IMG/VR virus record: IMGVR_UViG_3300042691_055981
Source of the DNA: an uncultured virus (IMG/VR IMGVR_UViG_3300042691_055981)
Taxonomy: Duplodnaviria; Heunggongvirae; Uroviricota; Caudoviricetes
Reading direction: 5' to 3' (one strand)
Length of the DNA stretch: 64,000 nucleotides
The position numbers were made by a program, and so were the translations under genes. How positions within the stretch are numbered: the first letter of the stretch is position 1; the number at the start of each line of letters is the position of its first letter. Below are positions 49,685 through 62,100 of the stretch, piece after piece. The notes under the pieces were generated by a model, which had not been told where the DNA came from, searched no databases, and was given only the letters and a program-made list of their open reading frames with translations.

Positions 49685-50806
49685 TTACGAAGGGATCAAC
49701 CTTCTTCTTCCTGTTAGGGGTAGATCTGGGTCTATAAGGGGAACAACAGCAGATATAAAAAGCCTATTATTTCTGTCAGCTGTTGTGGTTGCGAAGCCCA
49801 CCTGGCATTGAATCCAGTACATACTCGGATTATTTATTAAATTATTAGAAGCCAGTGTGCCCAGCCCAAGGATGTTATTGTTATACACTGTGTTTGGGTC
49901 TTTAGACATTACTGTTGGCCTCCAGCTAGATGGATTTGACGGGTTAAAAATAATCACACCGTCATTAGCGAATTGATAAGTTCCAGGGCCGAGAGCACCA
50001 GAAAAAACATTTGTGTCAGCAAACCCAACAAAGTTAGATCCATCGAAATATCTGAAAGTGACAAGGCCGATATTCGGCGTGTTATCGCTAGAGAATCCTA
50101 AAAACCATCGTTTTGTCGGGTATGGCGTTCCAAAGTAGAAAAACGGATTAGAACTATTTATTGAAAATCCAAAAGTAGTGATCTCGGCATTATTTCTCGG
50201 ATTTACGCTAAGAGAAACATTGTGAGTCTGATCTATCATGGCCGTGGTTGGGTGTATATAGGTTTGCAGGCCAGCCTGAGAAAGAACTCGCATTGGCATC
50301 TCACTGGATACCTGATTTCTCGTATTTATTTTGCTATTCAGGGTTGTTTGAGGTTGATAAATAACAGCCATCGTAAAGCCCGCTGTGTATGGAACCACCA
50401 CTCCAGCTATTGTTCTGGTGAGCTTGACATAAATGTTACCAATACCTTCAGAATCTTGAGTGGCGGAGTTTACATAAGCCTCAACGATTCTAGGCGAAAG
50501 CTGATTCAACACAGCCTGAGTGTTTGTGCCACCAGAGACATTATTTACAGAAGTGCCAATCGCGGCATAAGTAATAGGAATGAATCCGTTTATAGGGCCG
50601 GGGTATGAATGTCCTCGATCATTTATTGTAATTTGAGTTTGGGTGGCGAAAGAAGCATCGGCAGAATCTAGATAGAATACAATCTTCTGTATATATGCAT
50701 TCACATGACAATTCTCAACCGTAAAGTTTAATACGCCAGTGTTTGCCAGGGTAGCATCATATCTCACTTCCTTAACTACCGTTGCATTAAGATTAAGCTC
50801 GTTCAT
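49685..50806 (-). CDS. Putative virion structural protein
   Basis: Beta-rich, N/T-rich, C-terminal YWI; AGG at -34. Confidence 0.5.
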   Translation of the reverse strand: MNELNLNATVVKEVRYDATLANTGVLNFTVENCHVNAYIQKIVFYLDSADASFATQTQITINDRGHSYPGPINGFIPITYAAIGTSVNNVSGGTNTQAVLNQLSPRIVEAYVNSATQDSEGIGNIYVKLTRTIAGVVVPYTAGFTMAVIYQPQTTLNSKINTRNQVSSEMPMRVLSQAGLQTYIHPTTAMIDQTHNVSLSVNPRNNAEITTFGFSINSSNPFFYFGTPYPTKRWFLGFSSDNTPNIGLVTFRYFDGSNFVGFADTNVFSGALGPGTYQFANDGVIIFNPSNPSSWRPTVMSKDPNTVYNNNILGLGTLASNNLINNPSMYWIQCQVGFATTTADRNNRLFISAVVPLIDPDLPLTGRRRLIPS

Positions 50807-50838
50807 GCTTTATTTTTCTTAATTAAAAAAAGAATATC

Positions 50839-51189
50839 CTAGTTTTGAAAAAGCCCACGTTGAACGAAACTGTAATCTAATCTTTCTGGTTCAAAGAAAT
50901 CTGTGATAACATTGATGAGAGATTGCTCGCTGCAATTTGATCCACACCAGTAAACATCTAGAGATACAAAGCCAAGCTCAACCCATATATGAAAGCTTAG
51001 GTGACTTTCTGCTAAAATAAATATGCCACTAACACCGTGTGGTTCAAATGTATGGTGGTGGTCATTTAATACTGTGAAATTGCCTTTATTAAGACCTGAG
51101 GTAAATATCTCTTTGAGATCGTCCCAAGGCTTATCTGCATTTTTGCAATTGTAGAGATCCAAGAGAATATGTTGCCCTAAGCTTTCCAT
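50839..51189 (-). CDS. speD: S-adenosylmethionine decarboxylase proenzyme
   Basis: LGQHILLDLY.C, HTFEPHGVS, LAESHLSFH.W.E, DVY.CG. Confidence 0.9.
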   Translation of the reverse strand: MESLGQHILLDLYNCKNADKPWDDLKEIFTSGLNKGNFTVLNDHHHTFEPHGVSGIFILAESHLSFHIWVELGFVSLDVYWCGSNCSEQSLINVITDFFEPERLDYSFVQRGLFQN

Positions 51190-51755
51190 GATTTTTGTCT
51201 TTCTTTCCATATCTGTAAATCAAGTTCGTGAGGTTTTAAGTTTTTTCGCTGACATTCAGATATGAAAAACTGTTCGTATTTGGTGTACTCTTTTTTGTTT
51301 GATGGAGTGGCCTTGGGTGCTTGAGGATAGTAGTTGCGAAGCCAAGCCAGGATATGAGTATCTAAGATTGCGTAATTAGTTTCGGGGCGAGAATATGTAA
51401 CAAAAAATCTGGAAGTTTTCATACCTATGCCGGGAACAGATTCAAGATCCTCGCAAGAGCATGTATTAAGATCGAATTGCTTCCTTGATAGAATAAACAG
51501 ACATCCACACAATCTGTTGTATTGTCCCGCTTTAACTTCAATCAGCTTATCCTTAATCTCTTCTATGGATAGTTTTCCAAGTGCATTAAAAATTCCATTT
51601 TCGAGATTCAATTTTTCCAGAAAAAGTTCTAGCTTTTTAGATTGTGTTTTTGAGCTTTTACCAGCAACGAAGATGCAAAGAAGTAAGAATTCTTCAAGCT
51701 CGTATTGAGTGCGAGAATAGTTCTGGGGATTTAATAGATCAGTCTTCAGTTTCAT
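51177..51755 (-). CDS. HhH DNA glycosylase/lyase (Ogg-like)
   Basis: VPGIGMKTSRFF, AILDTHIL, Y...E..F, ELDL.IW. Confidence 0.75.
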   Translation of the reverse strand: MKLKTDLLNPQNYSRTQYELEEFLLLCIFVAGKSSKTQSKKLELFLEKLNLENGIFNALGKLSIEEIKDKLIEVKAGQYNRLCGCLFILSRKQFDLNTCSCEDLESVPGIGMKTSRFFVTYSRPETNYAILDTHILAWLRNYYPQAPKATPSNKKEYTKYEQFFISECQRKNLKPHELDLQIWKERQKSWKA

Positions 51756-52275
51756 AATTGAATTGGACTACTTGTTTTTTAATAAGCGGCCACTCAGTAG
51801 TATACGAGGATTGATCCCCCTGCATTCTCCTTAAGATAGAAAAATCTTTCACTTGATCCCATGTCAATGAATTTTGAGCCCATTCCGCAAGCTCCACTGG
51901 GCTTGACAGAAGGGCGTTTTTGCTCAGACCCTTTTCTGGATTATTGATAATTTTAATACTGGCGAGGTCACTTAAAGATAATGACCATTCAGAACCATCG
52001 CTAAACTTGAAAACAAGTTCTTGCATAAGCAATTCATGCTGTCTTGCTTCAAATTTGATAAAATCCTCAAGCCACTTTTGGTCGCTAAAGGAATACACAA
52101 ATTTCTTATTCTCCCTGAGAAAAGACAGACAAAGTTCTTTATGCTTGATGAAGGACTTTTTGAAGTTTGTTGCTTTATTCAACATTACAGAGCGAGTGGT
52201 GAGCAAATTTGCCATATGAGATGCTACTGCATTTTTTGGTAAATTAGTAATTGTGTTGCCCACTTTAACTTTCAT
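51739..52275 (-). CDS. Hypothetical protein
   Basis: 178 aa ORF overlapping the next start. Confidence 0.6.
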   Translation of the reverse strand: MKVKVGNTITNLPKNAVASHMANLLTTRSVMLNKATNFKKSFIKHKELCLSFLRENKKFVYSFSDQKWLEDFIKFEARQHELLMQELVFKFSDGSEWSLSLSDLASIKIINNPEKGLSKNALLSSPVELAEWAQNSLTWDQVKDFSILRRMQGDQSSYTTEWPLIKKQVVQFNYETED

Positions 52276-52323
52276 AATTTTCTATACGCTGAATAACATG
52301 GTGAATCTTTGTTATCTAATCAT

Positions 52324-54289
<1,966 letters not shown>

Positions 54290-54453
54290 CCTTTACTGAG
54301 TTAGGGAAAATATACATTATAATTTCAGATTGAATTAGATCTAATTTACTTGAAAAGATGGAATTTTTTATCTTCTTCAGAAGTATATAACAATGAAGCA
54401 GAGTTCCGTCATGTTATGGGAAAAAGGCGTACTTACTCTAATTCATTGATGCC

Positions 54454-54777
54454 ATGGAAAATGTTCTATTTGATCTTAAAATAAAAGAACTCACACTTCT
54501 GAATAAAAAGTTCAAAGTTATAGAAGATTGCCTGGTTATGGAAGATACTTTAGAGCTTTTGGGGTGCAGATTCTGCTACATGGTTAAACCTGAACCTACA
54601 CGAAAAGGATTCAAGATACCAAAGGGTGATTTAATTAATTCTTTCAATGATCTAAAAGAAAAGACATTGCCTACAGAGATGATGATAAATTGCTGGTTAT
54701 GTCCATATTGTGGAAGATTATTTCAAGAGCTTTTGCCGGATTTTGAAACGATAATGGTGAACAATGTCAGCTTATAA
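54454..54777 (+). CDS. Hypothetical protein with CxxC pairs (Zn ribbon-like)
   Basis: CRFC ... CPYCG. Confidence 0.55.
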   Translation: MENVLFDLKIKELTLLNKKFKVIEDCLVMEDTLELLGCRFCYMVKPEPTRKGFKIPKGDLINSFNDLKEKTLPTEMMINCWLCPYCGRLFQELLPDFETIMVNNVSL

Positions 54778-55162
54778 AACAATTCAATGCTCGTTTAAGG
54801 ATCAAGAAGTCTTGCTAGATTGCTTGAAAGATATTGGATATAATCCAGTGGTGTATAAAGAAAAAAACAATCTGACAGGATACAGGGGTGACTCAAGAAG
54901 CCAATCTGCTGAAATAATTGTTCCAAGATCTCAGATTTCCGCTGTTTCAAATGATTTAGGTTTTTCTTTTGATGAAGAAAAAGGTGAGTATGTAATGTTA
55001 TGTTCTGAATACGACAGTCATAGAGGCGTAGGAGATAAAATCAAACAATCTTACGCAATTGTTGCTATCAGAAAAGCGTTATCCAAAAATAAATTCTCAA
55101 TAAACACTGAAACCAAAGACAAAAACAAAACAGTAACTATTACTGCAGGAAAGATTATATGA
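54764..55162 (+). CDS. DUF1257 (Ycf35-like) protein
   Basis: MS.Y..I...F.D...L...L...G, L.GY.GD.R...AEI..., SNDLGF, Q.YA. Confidence 0.75.
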   Translation: MSAYKTIQCSFKDQEVLLDCLKDIGYNPVVYKEKNNLTGYRGDSRSQSAEIIVPRSQISAVSNDLGFSFDEEKGEYVMLCSEYDSHRGVGDKIKQSYAIVAIRKALSKNKFSINTETKDKNKTVTITAGKII

Positions 55163-55374
55163 GCAAGAAAGTAGAACTCATCATCGAAATAGATGATTCA
55201 GGAAAGATCACTGTCACGCCAAAGGGAACTAGCGGAAAAGAGTGTTTAGACTTAATGTCATTTCTGGATAAAATAGAAGGGCTTAATGTGATCGAAACTA
55301 CGCCTAACGAAGATATGATTGCGAAATCTAAAACATCTTTGGTGAGAAAAATCAATAACACTTTAAAGGATTGA
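55159..55374 (+). CDS. DUF2997 protein
   Basis: IEIDDSGKI.....G..G..C; coupled to DUF1257 as is typical. Confidence 0.7.
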   Translation: MSKKVELIIEIDDSGKITVTPKGTSGKECLDLMSFLDKIEGLNVIETTPNEDMIAKSKTSLVRKINNTLKD

Positions 55375-55377
55375 TGA

Positions 55378-56142
55378 TCACATCATCACAGCTGGCACAA
55401 CTATTCTTCTTCTGGCAGGAGAGCTTGATGTTGACGCTGTGGCGTTTAGTGCAATAGCCAGACCATTGTAAGCCAAACCACCGAAGTTTGCATCTGTAAT
55501 ATTTCCGCCTGCTGTACCAGTTGCCGTAACAATTTTATAAGCCACAATCTGACCGGCACTAATGCTGGCTGGCGAACCCCCTCCGGCAACCCACCCGCCA
55601 GCGGAGGTTTGAAGAGGGTTGGGCGATACAATTGTATAGCCATTAGTGGGTAAAGTTCCCGAAGGGGCTCCGCTCAGGAATTGATCATCCCAGGAATATA
55701 TATTTACCCAGTATTCATCAGCTGTAGTAGTTGTGGCAGTGGTTCCAGTTTGGTAAGAGTCTCCACTGCCAGCGAATGTGCTGGATTTGTCAAGAAGATT
55801 GGCAGCGACGGCAACTAAACCGGAAACTTCCTCTATTATGGTGGTGAATAAATTATTTGCTGATCCTAAGACCATCGTTATAGTCGTATTGCTACTGACC
55901 GGTGTATCAGCAAGTGCATAAACATATATATTATTATTGGAAACAACAGATGAAGTAATTAAAGTCCATGTCGCTGATGACCCCCCCTGAGTAATAGAAG
56001 TAATCGACAAGGCCGATCTACTTTGAATATACATGAGGAGGCATCTTCCCGAGGTTGGAGTGAAGGACAGAGTAAACGTCCACGTTGTTGCTGCATTTTC
56101 ATTAGCAGACCCCGAGTTTAAATTATTCCTTACTGCTGGCAT
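55378..56142 (-). CDS. Putative virion/tail-associated beta-sandwich protein
   Basis: T/S/A/G-rich; directly downstream of the tail fibre; GGAG RBS. Confidence 0.55.
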   Translation of the reverse strand: MPAVRNNLNSGSANENAATTWTFTLSFTPTSGRCLLMYIQSRSALSITSITQGGSSATWTLITSSVVSNNNIYVYALADTPVSSNTTITMVLGSANNLFTTIIEEVSGLVAVAANLLDKSSTFAGSGDSYQTGTTATTTTADEYWVNIYSWDDQFLSGAPSGTLPTNGYTIVSPNPLQTSAGGWVAGGGSPASISAGQIVAYKIVTATGTAGGNITDANFGGLAYNGLAIALNATASTSSSPARRRIVVPAVMM

Positions 56143-56151
56143 AAATCTCCG

Positions 56152-59100
56152 TTAAGCTTCTTGTGCTATTAATTCTACAGTAAAGTTTTGGTGGAAAGTA
56201 TTTACGCCAATGAAATTAACAGAAAGTTTATCCCCTGAAGAGCATGTGGTGTAGCCCACAGCAAACGAAGTGGAATTGCTTTCATATGTCGCGGCACCGA
56301 TTATATTTAAGTTAGACTGAAGTATGCTAGTTCCCACAAATCGTCCAGAACCTGTGCTCTTGGCGATGTTAATGGTTGTTATACCCGCGTAAGGAGTTTC
56401 TACGCGAAGATTTACTCTTCTGAAATTAAATGTTACAATTCCTATTCCGTTGATTGGGTCTTGAGGAACAATAAAGACAGCTGAATCAATTCCAACTTGG
56501 GTGGGTGTGAAGGCTGTCATGAGAGGGATTACAAGGCTTCTCTTGATTGGTGCCCAGGTTACACCTGTACCAGTAGAAGTTAAAACCTGGCTGATAATTC
56601 CAATGGGGCCACCAGATGAATTGTTTCTGTCAAAGATTTCCCCGTTAAATCTTGCTCCAGCCTGAACATGCAGCCCAGCTGTAGGGGCTACAGTTCCTAC
56701 GCCTAAATTCCCGTTCCGATAAACAAACGTGGATGCTCCTGTAATGGTTGTTGTTCCAATGCCATATGCAACTTGATCCGCACCAAGATTGTAATATATT
56801 GCATCAATAGTTGTCCAGGCAATACCAGAGTTTGTGGAGGTAAGCAGCTGACCTGTATTACCGCTTCCTACGGAATTATCATAAAGCCGACCAGATATGT
56901 TTATGTTTCGAACTGTTGAGAAACCGCTAACATTAAACGTGCCGAAAACATCAAGATTGGAGAGGGGGTTATCTGTGTTGACACCCAGAAGTCCATTATT
57001 TAACACAAAAGTGCTAACGCCTTGAATTGTATTTGCTGACGCACCGAAAGGAATTTGATTTACACTGATTGATCCACCGATAGTTCCGCCACCAGGACCG
57101 CCACCTGCTGAAGCAGACCAAAGAACAGCTGTACCGATGGATGTAAGTACAGAATTGGCTAAGCCAGGTCTGCCAGCAAGATCTAATAAAAAGCTGGATA
57201 TGGATGCACCAGCTAAAGTGGAAATGCCAGTGACCCTCAGCTGTGTTAGTGTGCCGACAGACGTAATTCCAGAGTAAGTTCCACTGACTACCGCCGAAGG
57301 AACTGTTCCAGATGCAAGATTAGATGCATTAAGATTGGTTAAGCTTGTGCCTGGGCCGAAGTAACCAAGAGAAGTTACCACCCCGATTACATTAAGCTGA
57401 GTTAGATTACCTACAGATGTAATTCCGGAATAGTTTCCAGCTACTCTAGCCGAAGGCACTGTTCCAGATGCTAAGCTAGATGCGTTCAGATTGGTTAAGT
57501 TTGTACCTGGGCCGTAAAACCCAAGAGAACTACTAAATCCATTAACGGACATTCCTAATCCAATCGTAATTACAGAACCATTATCGATTATATTTGAAGT
57601 GGTAAGCGAATTAGGGTTTCCAAACTTAGCTATGTAATTAGTTAAACCATTTATTACTGTAGCTATACCGATTGTGTTAGCTGATGTCCATAGTATTCCA
57701 GAGCTGGTCGAAACCAGAACCTGATTGGCCAATCCAGATGTATTAGATGAATCGAAAATATTTCCACGGAATCTTACATTACCAGAAACATCAAAGGCTT
57801 GCGTAGGAATAGATGTGTAGATTCCAACAGACCCAATCCCGGTGATAACAAAATAAGGACTGCCATTGGTGATTCGATCAATTTCCAGAAGATTTGCTGT
57901 TTGAGATGGCTGTCCGGCTAGATAAAATCCAGCGTGGCTTGCATTAAGAGTTTCTACATGTAATCTGGATAGAGGATTTAATGTACCAATTCCTAAATCG
58001 GTTCTTGTTGCATTTGTTATTCCTCCCCATGCACCAGCATTAGCTCTTGCTGTCTTTATGGAAACACCAATTGCAATCTGATAATTGCCATCAGTCACTC
58101 CTACACCTCTTCCAATAGCTATATTATCTGAGCCAGTAAAAGGATTGGATGCATTATAGACAGAGTTGGCATTAGCTCCGATAAAGGTGTTTCCTTCAGC
58201 TACCGAACCTTCTTGGTACCACCCGGCTTGGAAGCCGATAAGAGTGTTATTTTGTGACGCCGACAGGGTGTAAGTACCAAGCCCAGCATTAAAGCCAATA
58301 ACCACAGAATTTCCGTGAGTGGCATACCTGGAGGCGTTATTACCTATCACCACCATCGCGGTATGATCTGTCACCGGATTATCTTTTGTCCCCGAGAAAG
58401 CGTCAGCCCCAATAACAACAGAATTTCCGCTGTCAATGTCTAGAGTATTATTTACATTATAGTATGCGTCAGCACCAATAACTACTTTTGCAGAAGCCGG
58501 TCTGAAGTTTAATAGTTCGCTATGTGCATTATTGCCTATAATAACATGTGTGCTAATATCTTCGAATTGTTGATTGGTTTGATTACTGGAAGCGTTACTT
58601 CCTATCAATACGCCTTTGGTGGGCGGGTTATTAGAGTTAATATCAAATCCAATTACCACACTATAATCAGAATCACCACCACCAGTGCTCGCCCCGAATC
58701 CAATAATTGTATTAGTGAAGGAGTTTCCGGCACCTATATAGATATTGTCAACATAAATTTCGTTTGTAGTTTCAAGAGATCCGCGAGGACTGTCTGTTCC
58801 AATTCCTAATGAGCCATTATTAAATACAAAGGTTCCAATACCTTGAATATTGTTTGGAGAAGCACCAAACGCAATCTGAGTTGCACTAATTGATCCGCCG
58901 ATAGTACCACCACCAGCACCTCCTGCAGATGCAGACCACAGGACTGCTGTGCCGATGGATGTAAGTACGGAATTAGCTAAACCAGGTCTGCCAGCAAGAT
59001 CTAATAAAAAGCTGGATATTGATGCACCAGCTAAAGTAGATATACCAGTAACCCTTAATTGAGTTAGTGTACCTACAGATGTAATTCCAGAGTAGTTACC

Positions 59101-62100
59101 GCTCACTCTATCTGAAGGAACAGTTCCAGACGCAAGATTAGATGCATTAAGATTGGTTAAGTTTGTACCTGGACCGGTATATCCTAAGGATGTGACCACG
59201 CCTGTTACATTAACTACACCAAATACATCAAGGTTAGCTACAGGATTGTTGGTATTTACACCCAGGAGTCCATTTATAAGAACAAAGGTTCCAACACCCT
59301 GAATATTGTTTGGAGAAGCACCAAACGCAATCTGAGTTGCACTGATCGATCCGCCTATAGTGCCACCGCCAGGGGTTCCAGATCCTGGAGCCGCCCATAA
59401 AACTCCACCAGATCCAGTGGATGTCAAAACTGAATTAGCTAACCCTTGATTGTTGGAAGAGTCCCAAACCCCTCCACGCAATCTTACATTACCTGAAACA
59501 TCAAAAGCTTGAGTAGGTATAGATGTGTATACACCAATTGATCCAATTCCAGTGACAACTAGATATGGAAGGCCGTTTGTCGTCTGATCAAACCTGAGAA
59601 GATTGGCGGTTTGCGAGGGTTGCCCAGCAAGATAAAATCCACGGGCGGATGCAGATAGTGTCTCTACATGCAGTTTACTATTTGGTATAGTGGTGCCTAT
59701 ACCAAAATTGCCAGCAGGCACTGTGATAGTACCGTTAGTAAATTCTAAATTCCTTGTCCCAGTTGGGTTTCTGAAAATTGTAAAGCCGTCACGGGCGAGC
59801 AATGTAAAGTCGTTAGCGGTGCCTGATCTACCCCCAACCGCAACAAATCCAAGGCTACCATCTTGGTAAAGGCGATTTTGGCCAGCAGCAAAACTACCGC
59901 CGTCAATTCGGACGTAGCCGCCAAAAGAGCCAAATCCGGCGGCGAGCAAACTTCCGTTTGTCAGTTGGAAATCAGATGTCCCCGTGGGATTGGAGAATAC
60001 AATATTGCCTGAACCCGATGTGAATGTCAGATCATTTCCAGAGCCCGCCCGACCAGAAAAAACCAATCCTAGCGAGCTGTCGTAATACATTCTGGCTTTA
60101 TTGGAAAGGAAGGAGTCTTGACCCACCTCTATTCCGCCGCCCAAGGCCAATCTGCTCGTTGCAGCGTCAAAAGTCAGGTTGGTAGATGCCCCCAGCGTAC
60201 CACCTGAATTAAACTGCACCCAAGTGTTTCTACCAGCCGCAGGTACAGATGACCAAGAAATTCCTGTACCTGTGGAAATTAGAACAGATCTAGCAAGCCC
60301 AACATTGTTTACTGAATCATAAATGGAACCAGATACTGCTAAATTGTTAACAGTAGAAAATCCAGTGACTCTCAATTGAGTGAGTGTACCTACAGATGTA
60401 ATTCCAGAGTAAAAACCACTAACTGTAGCCGAAGGCACTGTTCCAGATTCAAGGTTGGATGCATTAAGGTTAGTTAGGTTGGTGCCAGGTCCTGTGTAAC
60501 CAAGTGATGTTACCACGCCTGTTACATTTACTACACCAAATACATCAAGATTAGCCAAGGGAGCGTTGGTATTAACACCCAGCAATCCATTTATAAGAAC
60601 GAGGGTTCCAATGCCCTGTATATTGTTAGGAGAAGCACCAAACGCAATCTGAGTTGCACTAATCGATCCACCGATAGTACCACCCCCACCTCCACCTCCA
60701 CCTGCGGAAGCAGACCAAAGAACAGCCGTGCCTATGGATGTAAGCACAGAATTAGCTAAACCAGGTCTACCAGCAAGATCTAATAAAAAGCTAGATATGG
60801 AGGCTCCAGCTAAAGTAGATATTCCTGTGACCCTTAGCTGAGTTAGTGTTCCAACAGATGTAATTCCAGAATAAGTTCCACTCAATACAACTGAAGGCAC
60901 AGTTCCAGATGCGAGATTGGATGCATTAAGATTGGTTAAGTTTGTTCCATCTCCTGTATATCCTGTGGCAGATGCAATACCGATTACATTAAGATTAGTA
61001 AGATTGCCGACAGATGTAATTCCAGAGTAGCTGCCGCTCACTCTAGCCGAAGGCACTGTTCCAGATGCAATATTAGATGCATTCAGGTTGGTTAAATTTG
61101 TGCCTGGGCCGTAGAATCCAAGTGAACTACTAAATCCATTTACAGACATCCCAAGGCCAATTGTGATTACAGAGCCATTGTCGATTATATTTGAAGTGGT
61201 AAGGGAATTGGGGCTACCAAATTTAGCTAAGTAATTAGCTACACCATTGATTCCTGTAACTATTCCGATTGTGTTAGCTGATGTCCACAGGATTCCAGAA
61301 CTGGTTGAAACCAGAATCTGATTAGCTGTTCCAGATGTATTAGATGAATCGAAGATATTTCCACGGAATCTTACATTACCAAGAACATCAAAAGCTTGAG
61401 TAGGGACAGATGTGTAGATTCCAACAGAACCAATTCCGTTAATAACAAAATAAGGATTACCATTGATAATTTGATCAATCCTGAAGAGGTTTGCCGTTTG
61501 TGAGGGTTGTCCGGCCAGATAAAATCCAGCGTTAGCTGCATTGAGGGTTGCAACATGCAATCTTGCCAATGGATTTAATGTACCAATACCCAGATCGGTT
61601 CTTGTTGCATTTGTTATTCCGCCCCAAGCACCCGCATTGGATCTAGCTGTGCGGGTATTGCCGTCAATTCCGATAGCAATTTGGTAATTGCCATTAGTTA
61701 CTCCCGCTCCAGCCCCAATTGCTATATTATTTTCGCCAGTGAATGGGTTAGTGGGTGAATAGCTTACGTTTACACTATTGCCAATGAATGTATTATTGTT
61801 AGAATTAGACATGTATGGGCCAGCATATGCACCAACTATTGTATTATTACTGTTTGATGATAAAGTAAATGTCCCAAACCCTGCAACATTGCCTATTACA
61901 ACCGAATTACCATGACTTACGGCAAAAACAGCACCATAACCAATAACTACAGAGTTTCCTCCTCCGCTGTCTTGCATCGGAGTAGCAGGAGTGCCACTGT
62001 AAGCATCATGCCCGATTACTGTTGATGTACTAAATACATCGTTGTTCTCAACATAGCGATAAGCATTATTACCGATAATAAGCATGCCAGAGTTAGTGGA

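Noticed and set aside
54290..54453. AT-rich intergenic region as replication origin or ncRNA
   Set aside because: No iterons, DnaA-box cluster or stable structure visible; probably a promoter and leader.
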